Part shown: positions 13,361 to 26,941 of the stretch, in pieces
How the letters are laid out: every line of letters begins with the position of its first letter
Position numbering within the stretch: the stretch's first letter is position 1
Source: a bacterium
Lineage (GTDB): Bacteria; UBA8248
Assembly: GCA_965213685.1 (NCBI GenBank)
Contig: CBDBZY010000064.1
Coordinates: 1,120,001-1,184,000, forward strand
Reading direction: 5' to 3'
Length of the DNA stretch: 64,000 nucleotides
Position numbers and translations under genes: made by a program
The notes under the pieces: generated by a model
What the model saw: only the letters and a program-made list of their open reading frames with translations
The model's database searches: none
Told to the model about the DNA's origin: nothing

Positions 13361-15459
13361 TCTAAGTTCTGCATTTTGTTTGTTTTAACTCACTTGCTAC
13401 CCAAGAAGACATAAACATCATGAGAGTACAACAAATGCCTAGCTCTGATCCAAGAACAACATAGGTCACGATAACGCTTAGCGCATGCGGTTAAAGGGTC
13501 AAAGGTCGATGGTCACTTTCCTGTCGCCTGTTAAATATCGAAGGTGAACTAGTGCAGCAAAGAGGCTTAGCTCTCTCTCCAGATTGCACGAACGTGAGCT
13601 ATGTACATATCACACCTACGGTAGTAGGTGTATATAGGGATTGCTCAGCATCAAACCTGTACATTTGCTATTTTCACTTTCATTATGGAAGCAATCTGTG
13701 GTATCCAAGTTAAGAGCATGCCAAATGTTAAGTGTACCTCAAAAAGTGTGAGAACATATGATAATGAGGCAGGTTATACACTACCAGTCAAAAAGAATTG
13801 AACACCCACCAGAAATAGCTTTGATGCACTGATTCTAGTGTTCAGTCTGTACTCTGTGCAGGTAGCTGTGCATAAGGGTACTAGATGTCATATGGCTTCA
13901 CTGTCTGTATTGAGTGTCCTCACCCACACACATTAGTGCGCTATCCCACTGCTTTGCAATACTGCAATAAATCCCAAAGATTCTTCTCAAACAAGTACAG
14001 TGTTTCACACTAGAAGAGTACACTGGCCACTTTTTTACATTTTGTCACATATCTCCAAGGCCCTACAAGTAGTTGACACAAGTGACATATCAAAGTGATC
14101 TCCAAGGTTGGCTGTTTAATTTTATTATGATAATATGTTGTCACGTGACAGTCAGCTGCTGTGATAAGGCTCCAAAGATCGCGAAGAAAATTAGCGCACG
14201 GGGGAAACGAGACCCTCACGTAGCCACCGCTTGCATATAAAGCACACACACACATGTACATACATAAAGAGGGACCATCAGTCTGAACCACAGACACTAA
14301 TAGTAGTGGTAAATTGTAGACATGTAGTAATATCTCCAGTGTAAGTTATCACATAGTTTGTTTTGTTTCTTCTGTTCTGTTTTGTTTTGTTTTGTTTTCT
14401 TCCTCTTCTTCTGCTTCTTATGGTTTTCTATCTTGTTGCATTGTAATTTATTATTTGTCATTTTGTTTGCTTTTTTGGTTATAATATTCTCACCCTTCCA
14501 CCTTTGTGTTTCATTCCTCTGTACTGACTGCCATTATATTTTAGTTATCACATTTACATTTCTTACCAGTGCACTATTAACTCGAAGTGCTATACACCTT
14601 ATAATTAATGCCTGGATCTCTGCTAAAACCAGGCAAAAAAAGAGAGGGGACAAGTAAATGAAAAACATTTTGTAAATTGTGGAAGGGTATAATATGGATT
14701 GCATAAAAAGGAATGGAGACAAGACCCAGATGCAGAGCACACACCATAATGCACTGGGTTTCATGGGAATAGTGATGACATGATGAACATGTAATGTCTG
14801 ATTATGCAATACAAGCCCTATATTGTTGAGCAGAGCTGTACAGGAATATCAGTTAGGAAATTACACCTTTGTACATGTGGAAAGACAACTGACACTGAAC
14901 AGTACATCGGGAACATGTTCATTTCTATTACACTCACATTGTGAAACAACCCACTGAAGTACACCCAAATGTGTTATGAGCTTATGTAAATGCATAATGA
15001 TCCAACTGATCAAGTGAATGCACGCAAGGATTGTAGATACAATACCCGTGTAATAAAACATGCATGTATACTGTAGCATTTCCCATAGCAGCTTTGTAGG
15101 TAACTGCTCATAAAGAAAGGGCATTGTTTAGTAACTAATGACATTCTTTAGTAAGCAATCCTGGTAAGATAGCATACCACGACATTGTATGTATACAAAT
15201 GAAAAATGGCAATTTTGCTACAAACAGCGCCCCATACTTGTATTGCATAATCAGACATGGTATGTTTTTCATGTCATCACTGTTCCCATGAAACCCAGTG
15301 CATTATATATGGTACAATGTAAAACAAACGAAAGTAAAAAGGGAAACACAACAACAAAACAATTAAAAATATGAGAAATATGCAAGAGAAAATATGAGAA
15401 ATAAGCAACAGACGGAAGAAGTCCACCCCTCACACACCACCAATTATTATTATTATTAC

Positions 15460-16009
15460 CAGGAGCCCATAAGCGCCGCAAAGCGGCGCCAAGGAGCGTC
15501 CAACACCGCATGATAGCGTGGAACAGCGATGTACTAACCACAGCAGCCAGGTTATGCCCTTATTTGGATCGCAGTTACGTAACAGCTACTACAGAGGGTA
15601 CACAAGTGTACAACTACTACTGTAGCAACTGCCCTATATGGTCAATACTGAGAGCCTGTTTAGGACATCGCTGTTCTCCGTAGTACGCTCCTTGGCGCCG
15701 CTTTGCGGCGCTTATGGGCTTTTTTTTTTTTTTTTTTTTTTTTTTCTATACAAGTGAGATAAGAAGTACAGTACAAAGATATGGGAGGCAACATGTAAAT
15801 AGCTGTAAGCTAATACAAGACATGAGCCCAGTGCAGTAAGTTATGCTTAAAAACAGAAACAGATGATGATGATCTTATGTCTACTGGTAAAGTATTCCAA
15901 ACAGTAATAACGCTAGGTACATATGAAAAATAGAAGTAGTTGGTGCGAGAATGGAGTCTGTGAAATACAGATGAATTGTTTCTCTGTGACAAATGCTGGT
16001 GGGCTCCTG
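15460..16009. mobile_element. P-type MITE (CAGG..CCTG ends, 7-bp TSD) with its right TIR split by a LINE
   Basis: TIR CAGGAGCCCATAAGCGCCGCAAAGCGGCGCCAAGGAGCGT. TSD TTATTAC at 15453-15459 and 16010-16016. Confidence 0.85.
15721..15999 (-). mobile_element. Short 5'-truncated LINE 3' end with poly(A) tail
   Basis: T25 at 15721-15745, SRTNYFYFSYVPSVITVWNTLP C-terminus, and TGGGCT duplicated at 15715-15720 and 16000-16005. Confidence 0.85.
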
Positions 16010-16056
16010 TTATTACCAATCCATATATACACCTACTACCGTAGGTGTGATGATGA

Positions 16057-16264
<208 letters not shown>

Positions 16265-16467
16265 AGTCACCATAACAGTGTTGTAGGTGTTGGACTTGCA
16301 AATCAATGTCTACAAACAGACTTGCCGCACCACACTGTAACGTCTCAATCCTCCAAAGGAAGTGACGAGAGAACCGCTCGCAGCAGCCACGCCTTCTCAT
16401 ACATGACGAGAAGGCTTGACTTCGCTATTTGCTAGTGTGCAGCGCCGCTACCAGGTGAAGTGGGTGC

Positions 16468-16740
16468 ATGGATTTATAATATATCCCCATCGGCATTTAT
16501 AAATCCGAGGCTGGATTTACATATCTCCTAGGTATTTTTAAATCCGAGGATGGATCTCCTCAGTATTTATACATCCAAGGCTGGATTTACAAATCTCTAT
16601 TTGCATTTATGTTAGTGTTCATATATTTGAGTTTGGATTTACAAATCCTCGTCAGTATTTATTTGTCCAGGCTGGATTTACGAACGATATCAACAATTAT
16701 AAATACCAACTGAGATTATTGTGGAATATAAATCCTGACT
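16468..16740. repeat. Degenerate minisatellite built on GGATTTA(T/C)AAATCC palindromes
   Basis: Repeated ggctggatttac and tttataaatcc units. Confidence 0.6.
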
Positions 16741-17194
16741 TTCTCGCTAGTTTTGACACAAACGACACCCCATAGAGTATTAAAAGCGTCCGGCGGAGAC
16801 AGGTTTCAATTATTTACTCCGTGACAGGCAATACCGGGTACAATTATCCCTTTGACTCAATGTATGGTAATGGTTTTCACTATTCAACAACGTAGGGCTT
16901 GTACTGCATAATTAGTGGTGTACTTTCTCATATTTGCACGAACTCCAAGAGCATTGGTCTCTCGCATTCCTTTTAAAGAGGTAAAGTCGCTATCGCTTCT
17001 TCCATTCATAAAGGACGCATGGTGTGCTTCCTCCATGTACCCACAAGTTTCTTCAACGTCTGAAAAGCACCTCAGATTATTTATCAAGAGATGATCGCGT
17101 GTGAAGTGCTCCGCTGTGTGCTTGAAATTCACCGCGATCACCTCTTGATAAATAATATTTGCGGTTATTCGATTAATTAACTTGATCGTGCGAT

Positions 17195-17315
17195 CCTACC
17201 CAATCACGTGACCGCTTCGCGCACGTGCAATGGTGAGCGCTGCAGCTGATCAGGGCTAGGCTAAGGATCCGTGGGTTACAGCCGTCAGGACGCTTTCTTG
17301 CGCTACTGAGTACGT
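17195..17315 (+). promoter_or_regulatory. Candidate promoter and non-coding first exon of the CABIT gene
   Basis: CpG-rich patch with CCAAT fused to E-box CACGTG (17200-17212), a second CACGTG at 17222 and a donor-like GTACGT at 17310. It lies ~960 bp upstream of the acceptor preceding the ATG. Confidence 0.45.
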
Positions 17316-18271
17316 TTGTTGTACGTGTTAAAGTACTTCCACAAGGTTCATGACTCAAAGGCTTTAGAGTGTGAACCGTACAAGAACCTGTTTTGATCAG
17401 CATAACGTACTGGGACTGATCCTTTCCTTCTCTCCACATATTTTGGCCTTGATGTATTGCCCCTTTTTGGTTGTTATAAACCATAATGTTATGGCGAAGT
17501 GTAGTCCACTGCCTAGATTGTACAACTTAGAGGCCTCTCCTGACATGGAGGAGTAAGCTGCTACAAAGGTTTGCTGAAGAATACATGTTCCCTGGTATCT
17601 GTGGAGTGGTTTACATATGTAAAGTAGATCTTTGATATGGGAAAAGTGAGCAAGGGGACTACATGTTTTTACATGCATGCATGCTTTTGCATGCACATAT
17701 ACACATTGTATACTACTGCATCCCATGGCTGCATGTGACTGAACATGTTTATATAAATACATGTACCTAGATAAGCATGTATGATATAAGTGCATATGTA
17801 CGTACATGTTTAGTGACTTTTGTTGTAGGTGCATGGTATCTCTTCACTGGATAGTCAATTTTTTTGAGTGTCAAAGGATCTTGCAAGTAGGGTAGTGTTG
17901 CTTGTGCCACTAAAGAGAGTCACATGAGTGATGGAAGTATTTCATGGCATTGCTGAAATATTTGCACTTCCAAGTTGGTAAAATTGAAGTGTCATACTGC
18001 TACAAGGAGATCCTTGTCTACGGTGTACCTATGTAGAGGCACATGTATTTAGTGTTGGTTTTTGCTCATTGGATAGATGATAAGTTAATCATTCTGTAGT
18101 ACTGTGGATTAACCTTTGTGGCTGATTCTCTCACCACCTAAAAATTGAATGGTCAGACTGTACAGGTGTATGAATCTAACACTTGGCCAATTCAGGGAGC
18201 AAAGTAGGTGTTTTGGATGTGTCCTAGTTGCAGGTTGTCTGCTTAATCATTCTACTTTACCACTTGCAGAA

Positions 18272-18377
18272 ATGTCTGAGAGTGATGAAGAATATGAAGA
18301 CATTGACCTAAAGCTGATTTCTAGGACTCAGTCCAACAGTGTCAACATTCAAGAGTCCTTCACAAAGCAGAGATCAG
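18272..18377 (+). CDS. CABIT-domain protein, first coding exon (MSESDEEYEDIDL..)
   Basis: Acceptor ttgcag at 18269, ATG at 18272, phase-1 donor gtacc matching the phase of the next exon. Contains an acidic YEDI motif. Confidence 0.6.
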
Positions 18378-19001
18378 GTACCACCACTCTTGTTCAATGG
18401 AGCTGTTTTTTTTCCATGTGCATTAGTTTTGAAGTCTACTTTTCTCATCCCTGAAAATCATAGTTCATGTGTTAAGAAATGTGTGATTTCATTGGTTTAC
18501 TATCAGAGAGTTGGTAAATTTTATATGTACATGTATGTATATGTAGGAATGGTACTGACATGCCTGTAGTGCATGTACATGTACATATGAAGCTTTCTAA
18601 ACTTTCAAAATAATGATAGCGTGAAATGCATAACCTGTGTCCCTACATCTTTCTTTCATGTAGCACAAATACTCTTCCACATTGTACATGTTATGTCTAA
18701 CTCAGCTATCCTGACAGACACCTACACCCTATTAGTATACAAGAAATTAAGTGTTGTAGGGATTATTTTGCATGTACACATCACATGTACATATAACTTG
18801 TTCATCACCACTCCACTGGTTGCAGAGGGCTACATTTTCATCCTGTGCTTTTAGGATTGCTATTGTTACATTCCTTAACATTTATATCTATACTTTTATA
18901 TGTGTGCAGCATTAGAACCACCCTTCTCCTGTACTGGCTTTATAGTATGTATAATTTACACTGAGTAGGGCTGTATAGAAAATACATTATAATTTTAATA
19001 G

Positions 19002-19516
19002 TTATACCACGGCTACCAGCAGGTTATGGCAAATACAAAAAGCCATAGTTGCATAATCCTGAGGGCATAGCCCAAGGGATTATGCAACTATTGCTGAATG
19101 AATTCTCCATAACCCACTGGTAGCCATGGTATAATTCACTTATACCATGGTAGCCATAAAACTGGAGTCGAGCAACACATTTACCTGCCATTGTGGATTG
19201 CTGGCCGACTTGCGCACATAGACACTAGTGGTCACGTCAGTAACCAGTTTTCCCACCATCGTAGATTGCCAGTGGACTTGTGTTGACACTACCATGGGCG
19301 AGAAGGAGCATCTGACTTCCTCTGTCAGCGCTAGCATGGGGCGAGAAGGAGCGTCTGATTTTCTCCGCCAACGTACTGCGTGGGATTATCTCTACATCAC
19401 ACAGGATATATCCTGTATACCACACAGGAAACCCTGTTAAAAATCACAGGTCGTTGCGGTTATGCTGAATAAACCATGGGGCGGCACCTTTGAAAATATG
19501 ACCAACCATGGTATAA
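19002..19516. mobile_element. Non-autonomous element with a 133-bp terminal palindrome, possibly Crypton-associated
   Basis: TTATACCA(C/T)GG occurs at 19002 and 19140 and inverted at 19134 and 19516. 19002-19134 folds into one hairpin. Confidence 0.6.
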
Positions 19517-20589
19517 ACATCTGCAAGCAAGGTGGATGCAGCACTATGTTCTGAACAGCAAATTCAGTTGTAACCTGGCTACCAAGGTACATGTAGCAGT
19601 CACATTCTGTGGTGGATGGTACTTTGTATGTAAATACACGTATTGAGTGTCATGTGGATATCTAGTGCTACATGCATGTATGAACCTTGTGAACATAAAC
19701 TGTCCGCAGTACCCACCTTACTTCACTACACCACTGTTGGCAGGCACTATCCAAGGCCTCTTACCTACGTAGTTTTGACAGTAGGTGTCCGTCCCCTCAA
19801 CTGTAGACCCACGTTAATGGAGTTTGACATACTTAGCGTGGAGAGCTTGGCTGCTATGTCATGAAGGTGCAGTGCATAGTACCACACACACATGACCTGG
19901 CTCATCATAGGTATAGGCACACGGAGGATAGTGATGCAGTATGGGACTCGATAGGCACACTAGGTACCAGGCAGGGAGGAGGGACATCCAACTATCGGGC
20001 ATTGTTAACCATGCATGCACAGTTCATCACGTGCAAGGAAGGTGTGCAGACAGCGCACAGGGCAGTATTGTCAGATGACCCCCCAGCCAAAACCCATCAT
20101 CCACCTGTTAAGGAGCAGGACAGCTACAGCTGTAGATCTAGATGGTCTCCATCAACTAGCTGCGAGATGTGATAGCCTGGGCTGGCCTTACAATACATTC
20201 CAAGGAAGGGGTCTTTGTATCCCTTAGGTCACATGGGCTACTCAGTATGCATGCTCCAGGTCAACTGCATGTCACACACCTATCACATGATCTGGGTAGG
20301 CACGTGACAGTGCAAAAGTGGGCATATGAAGCCAGCAGCCAAGCTTCTCTATATGTTGATCTGTACAAGTGTACATATGCATTTATTTGCAACCTTGCAC
20401 TTTTGTCTGGATAGTTGCAATGTCCACATTTCAAGGAGTCCAGTATTAGTAGTAGACCATTTGAAGGACATGGGACCCAATTTAAAGTTGCATACATGTA
20501 CATGAACAATCATGTGCATAGTGCACCACAACTTGAAAGAAAGAAAGAAAAGAACAGAGAAGAAAGAAAGAAGAATTACACACTATAAA

Positions 20590-20920
20590 ATAGACAACAA
20601 CCTCAACGGCTTAGAAAAACATAGTTTAATATTTGGAGAACAGCCTCAACGGCTTAGAAAAATAAATATATGTAACAACCTCATTGGCTTAGAAAAATAT
20701 ACATCTGCAACAACCTCAATGGCTTAGAAAAATATATATTTTTTTAAAAAACAAAGCAACAAGCCTACACATATAAGAATAAACTCAGAACGAAAGGCAG
20801 ATGGTCCACATGCCCAACCTTGAGAAATATATATTTTTTTAAAAAACAAAGCAACAAGCCTACACATAAGAATAAACTCAGAATGAAAGGCAGATGGTCC
20901 ACATGCCCAACCTTGAGAGT
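20590..20920. repeat. Tandem repeats: about four ~34-40-bp units and two ~95-bp units
   Basis: caacctcaacggcttagaaaa repeated; aaaaacaaagcaacaagcctacac..cccaaccttgaga duplicated. Confidence 0.8.
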
Positions 20921-21599
20921 TGGAAATGGGGCTTAAAGATCTTTGATGGTGCACCAACTCTCACCACCCATGTGGACCATCTACCATCCATACACAAGAC
21001 GCACAAACACAGAGCACAATCCCAAAAACCAGGCACAAGCAACAGCTCACCTTCTAGCTAAAGACAATTCAAAAAATGATGTGCAGCTGTACATTGGCTT
21101 AGATATAGTACATAGTACAAGAGTAGTGATCACATGATAGTGTGGTCATGTTGACTGACCACACCCCTATGACCATGTACTCCAGTATCTACATGTCTAC
21201 ATAGGTCATGTCTTACTTCCAGTGGAATGCAAATCCCTTCTAATGCATGCCTCTTCATACTCACACCATACTTACTGAACAAATTTATATGTTTTCTACA
21301 TGTACATGTAGTTGGCTTTATAACAATCGTATTGCAAAAAATTAGTGTTTAATACTGTCCTGCCAGTTAATTGACTTCAAAGCCATTTGCAGATGGATGG
21401 ATGGATGGATGGATGGTCATCCACTATAGTTGTGTATGCAGCTCATTGCTGGAGGTTCTAGGTGGTTTTGCTGGAACTGTTCTCATCTTGTAGTTCTGTT
21501 TACTTTTTGCTGTATAACTGCTCCACATTCATGCCAGACCAGTGAATAATAATGTGGTAGAACCAATGAATTGTAGAGCTTTCTGACTAGGAGAATGTC

Positions 21600-22900
21600 A
21601 CACAATTTCTGCATCTGAGACACTCCTCAAAACGTTTCCTCCTGACTACAGCAGTCTGCTCAGTCCAAGTAAGTTTAGTAGTAAACAATCTTGGTTGGCT
21701 AGGTAAGCTCATGTTGCTTATTGTTCTACATACACCAGATAACTTTAATAATTCTTGCCAAACGTTTCGACCACTCTGCATGGTCCTATTCAGTGGCAAG
21801 GTACAAAACCAGAAGCAACAGTCAATTTATATGCAAGCAACTCAAGTAATTTTGTTGTCTACCATGACTGCCAGGAACCTCAAAGTGTTTCTTCTCAGAA
21901 TGGCTTGTCCATCCAAGACCACCTTGACCTCACCCAACTCCTTGGCTCATCACCTACTCAGTAGAATCTCTTCTACAGTTTATTCTTGTAAACTACAGTA
22001 ATTTGCATGGAAACCTCAGCAACATCGCTCATTAGGTTGTTTTGTAAGACAGCAGAACTGTCACTGGAGCAATAGAGGATATCATCAGCTTATATTTTCA
22101 CTGTACAGCACTGGACTACATGAAGCAAGTCATTCACATACACATTGAACAATAGTGGGCCTAGTATGGACAACGCTATATTGGAACTACTGACTTTGGC
22201 ATTGGTGTAGCCATTGGCATACTTAAATTCATCGGGTATCTGCCCACTTTCTATTCTAGACAGAAGGTAAATAGATATGTTAGATGATTCCTGGGACAGC
22301 CATCTTCAGGAGCCTAGCCCTAATATCATTCAGACTAGTAGCCTTGCTAGTGTCTAATCCGTGGAGCAGTATCTGGACATTGCCTTCAACTTTCTCTGAA
22401 CTAAAATTCCCTGCATCTTCAGTAAGCATCTCTGGCAGTATTCCACAATCAAGATCCACTAAATAATGTTCCGCTGGTCTGTTACGTAGATTTCCTTGGA
22501 GGGCTACTAGATAAATCTGTTTTCCGTTGGTTCTTGCAGCTGAGTGCCTTTATTCAATTTACTCCAGAGCTTTCTGGGATTGTGTCTTGACTCTTACTCA
22601 ACGTTGTAGTTTGGCCTTCCTCATTCTTATGACATCTTTCCCTTTCCTCATCTCTTCTGCCTGATTTAGCCTTAGCACATATACATGTATAGGTGCATAG
22701 TTTCTTGTCTTCATCAGTATCCTGATCTTTGCATCAATCCTTGAGGAAAGACTACTTTCTTCCTCACTTTCAAATGGAAACAGTACTGTTCCAATAATTC
22801 CATCTATCATGGACACCATCAGAAGAATCCATGCCACAGGGCCATGATCAAAAATCATGAACAAGAACTTCAGAATCAGATTTGCTATAGCACCTTATAT
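21600..22900 (-). mobile_element. Highly degenerate LINE RT remnant
   Basis: SILGPLLFNVYVNDL and an ADD motif on the minus strand near 22080-22170. Boundaries are approximate. Confidence 0.65.
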
Positions 22901-23370
22901 AATATCAGGACTGTTGCTTCCTTTGCATAAGCAAGGCTGTGGTCACTCAAACCTACATGTACATGTATTTCCTTGCAGCCCACAGTTATAGAGCTATGTA
23001 ATTGTACATGTAGCTGGGTCCAAACAAAGCTGAGTATATTCCAAATCTGATTCACTCTGGGTATGTGACCAATTGGGTGAGGTTAGATCAGACATTATTT
23101 GCAACCACTCAAATTTGGGTTAACCATAGGTGAAGTCACCACAAATCCTTCTTGAAGTGCTCTCTCCACTGTAATATTGTGTGCTACATGTACAGTACGT
23201 TCTGCATCCACAGTAGGGCTTGTACAGTGCAAGAGCTGCCCTTCGGTAAAAATATAATTATGTCTTATGAGATTGCCATTCCTGGATTTAAGATATACAG
23301 GAAATCAGAACAGGAATAGGGTGGTGGGTTCCTCATGATGTGAAAGTGTGACAGGTTGCCACAGATACAT

Positions 23371-23439
23371 GCCATAGCTTAGGTGGTAGAGCACTGACAG
23401 CTAAAGTCAGAGGCCCTGGTTCAATCCTGGGTGGCTGCC
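23371..23439 (+). ncRNA. tRNA-like (pseudo-tRNA) domain, 5'-clipped, with CTA at the anticodon position
   Basis: TAGCTTAGGTGGTAGAGC D-arm, CTGAC-agCTAaa-GTCAG, GGTTCAATCC B-box, followed by T7. Confidence 0.7.
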
Positions 23440-23683
23440 GGTTTTTTTACAGTTCTCTAATAATATTCCCAAGCCTTTCCTCATGCATAACGTAGCTTGC
23501 GTGTTGTGTTCGGTGGCTCCCTAGAGGGAGACCCAGCTTCATGTGCACTGCTATGAATATATAGAATATTTCATTCAGTGTGGCTCCTCCCCTGATGGAG
23601 AGGAGTTACCGGTCAATCCCTAGCAGGATTCTGACAGCACATACGGAGTGATATTGAGAATTGTGAAGGCTGGCTGTCACCCG

Positions 23684-23753
23684 GTGGCCATAGCTCAGGT
23701 GGTAGAGCACTGACAGCTAAAGTCAGGCTCCAGTTCAATCCCAGGTGGCTGCC
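23684..23753 (+). ncRNA. tRNA-like (pseudo-tRNA) domain with CTA at the anticodon position
   Basis: Acceptor GTGGCCA/TGGCTGC, D-arm, 5-bp anticodon stem with loop AGCTAAA, degenerate T-arm. Lacks U33. Confidence 0.7.
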
Positions 23754-26700
23754 GGTTTGTCACAGTTCTCTAAAAATATTCCCAAGCCTTTCTTCATGTA
23801 GTGCAAGGGAACCCAGAATTAGGATCTGCATTCATCTCCACATCACTTGAACACAAGAGCAACATCACGATCACAGCCCTAGGAGAGGACCAATATTACC
23901 ACATATAGTGACACCTCCTGCCATCAAACATAACTGGTCATCAGGCAGGTCTTGACAGAGCACTGCGATACAAACAATGAGAGGCATGATAGATACCTCA
24001 CTCAGCAACAAATGACTAGAGCAGAGAACAGCTAGGAGAATAGAGAAAATGACTCTTTGTATCTGCCATGTCTGTGCATGCTTGTACCATGGAAGCCTTA
24101 GAAAACAAAGGCACTGCCCGCAGTGTATATCCGCTAAGAGTACTAACCACAGCCTCATACATTCCATTGTCAAGGGCAACAAATTATACATGGTAATTTG
24201 CTTTCTACACTTCCGCCGGCAGTTTGCATTACTGTACCAGTTATCACTGTGTGTAGGAAGGTCACTCCAATACTACAAAGTTAATGGTACACCAGAACAT
24301 CCACATCTACATGCACTGCCCAGTTTGTATTTTTCTTGGTATTCAATGGCACTGCTGCCACTTGAACCTTCAGGGTTTGCTCCTCCATTACCACTAGTCC
24401 AAAGCGCGTTTTTGTCGCTGGTTGTGGCTGCTCCACAGTTGTGCTGATCCTGACTGATTGTAGCTGTGGTTGTACAGGCTGCTCCTTCGTTGAATTCATT
24501 GTTACATCACACTCCGAGAGTCTGGCTCACAAGACTAGAGTTCATGCACCTCTGGCAGATCTCCACATCATACACAGGTCTAAATAGCGACTGGGCCCGT
24601 AGCAATGCTCAGCAGGTCCTCTGGGTCCATGACTGCAAATGAGCTACTTCACTGCATTGTGGCTAGAACGTACACAGCCAATAACATGATCCTGTTACAT
24701 TCATGTGCACATGCTTGTACATTAGCGATGCATAAATTTTTGACAACAGGTTGTGTCAGCATTGAAACCACATTAAGGTACTACAGTGTACACAGGCGCA
24801 ACACAGGAATGTACCAGTGCTGTGACATTCCTGTGCTATACTACTGTGCATTCCCTGTGTATAGTCATGTATCGTAAATGTGTACACTCTTAGAATAGGA
24901 ATTGAGACAGGCAACTAATTTGGATTCCTTTGTTTACCTTTTAGTGTCTCTCTTTGGCTGGAATGGGGGTGCAAAGAAAGTAATAAGAGTACATACACAG
25001 TACACATTGAGAGCATACAGAAAAGTCATGTACAAAGAGCAATTTATCCGAAGTAACGTGCTCACGCTCTACAATAGTTTTAATGTCCCATCCAACAAAT
25101 GATCTATATAAAATGTTGGCAGAGGTTGTAGCCCAACTTCATTTCCAAACCTGAGGTATCCATTGATGCAATCCTGGCTTCAATCTCTTCTTTTGTAACT
25201 TTTGTGAGGTGTTCCATCAGAGATCATAGCAAATACTTGTAAGGACCTAATAGAACTGTATGAAGGGTCTGGAGTACCTGTAAAGTGTGGCAACAGACCA
25301 AACATTTTGAGACACTATTGTACTTACTGTCTATACTCAATAATTATACCTGTGAAGATCCAATGCAAGCTCTAAGAGGGCATTGGGATCTTCGCTGATG
25401 CTGTTCTTAGTGCAGATTTTTGTCCCGTTCTGTGTGCTGAGACTCTATGGTTGTCATCTAGGCAAGTGTGTGATGCATTAATCGTGGTGTCCCAATGACA
25501 GTTGGATCACCATTCCTGTCAAGCTATGTAACCATGCAGACCATAAAGTGCTGCTCAATTTCACAAGGAGTGCTCACCCTACACATCCTACAGAACAATC
25601 TGGCTGATGGGTCTGGTTATTGTGGTTTCAGAGGCACGTGGGTTATCACAGACAACACAGCTAGAACACAGGAGTAACAACAAGCACCTCATCCTGGAGA
25701 AAGGCGTCATAAGTCACCATACCTTCCTTCGCCAAACCTTTCAGCTCTTCCACAATTGGTACAGCCATTTGAATACAGTCCACCTACAAAACATAGAAAC
25801 AGTAATACTAGGTTATTCTTTTCACAAACATGTGTTGTTAGCACCTTGTTTGAACTACAAATGTGGTTGATATGTTTTGGATTTTCCACGTTTGGTAGAC
25901 CAGCAAGTTTGAGGCACCAGCTGTCAAACTTTTCCACTGTTTAGACATACATGTATTTCCACTAGTATCATCTGAGTGTAGGATTAGTGGAAGCATTAGG
26001 ACAGGTCGATCAGCTGCAAGACTTTTGTGGGGTGTGGGGTAATGTACATGTATGCACTGTACTCCTTTGAATAGACAACATAGTTTATAAAACAGTAAAG
26101 ATGAAATACAATGTAGACACTTACTTCAGTAGTCATAGCAGTACAGAGACCTGAATCAGGAAGTTGGTGCTTTATTATGGCTGGTGGAGGAACACCTGCC
26201 TTGATGGCACTCAAGTGTGCTGCTTGTATAGGGCACTGGACTTTGGCAATCATCTATCATGGCCACCGTTGTAACAATAGCACTAATCATGATGGTAACT
26301 TGCAGCCTAGTGATCGTTTGGAGTTGGATAATGCTGACCTAACAACTGCAGTGAGGTCTGTCTTGTCCCTGTGCACATCAATAGCTGAGCAGACAAGAAG
26401 GATAGAGCAGCAACTTGCAGGAGTAGAACAGGAACAGTACAGAATTACTGAGGTCGTAAAAGAGGTAGATTCCTCATGTCCCCTGAAAATGGATACCACA
26501 AAACTATTCTGCCTCCCACTCACACGAGATCCAGATTCATCAGATATCCAACAATGTCATGTTATTCCATTGGCTAACATGTACTGATCATGCTTTTTAT
26601 TATAGACGTCCGTAGTAAGAGTCATGGCGAGAATGAGTGCACAGGAAACGTTCAAAATTGAAATTGCCTTGAAGTTTGTTAATGGTAGACTGACTGAGTT

Positions 26701-26941
26701 ACGCTCTGAAGAGCAGAGGAAGAGGTTATTGCCGAGCGCCTTAGCGTGAGGCAATTAATTCTGCAGTACGCGACCTCGGTTGTTGGCTCGCCTTTGTATG
26801 TATATTTGTATATATGTGGCAATAGTTAGGTCACGGTTAGGAATGCAATTACTGTTTAAAGTTAAGTCACATGTAGGCAAGGAAACGGCTGCACTGAAGG
26901 TCAAGGCAATGGAAGAAAGACTGAGAGAGGGGGGTGTAAAA

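Larger units (their letters stand above)
23371..23800 (+). repeat. ~1.4-mer of a 316-bp unit: tRNA-like domain plus structured core (unit B)
   Basis: 23371-23488 is repeated at 23687-23800. The core at 23571-23651 is shared with unit A. Confidence 0.85.

Noticed and set aside
13776-13812. Tc1-like TIR (TACACTACCAGTCAAAAAG)
   Set aside because: No matching opposite end or transposase was found.
23371-23755. Functional amber-suppressor or pyrrolysine tRNA genes
   Set aside because: They lack U33, have degenerate T-arms and lie in a repeat unit. They are reported as tRNA-like only.
23870-26750. Possible host exons or a named transposase
   Set aside because: Short blocks recur at 29150-29590, suggesting decayed mobile DNA, but no motif could be assigned and no consistent splice chain was found.
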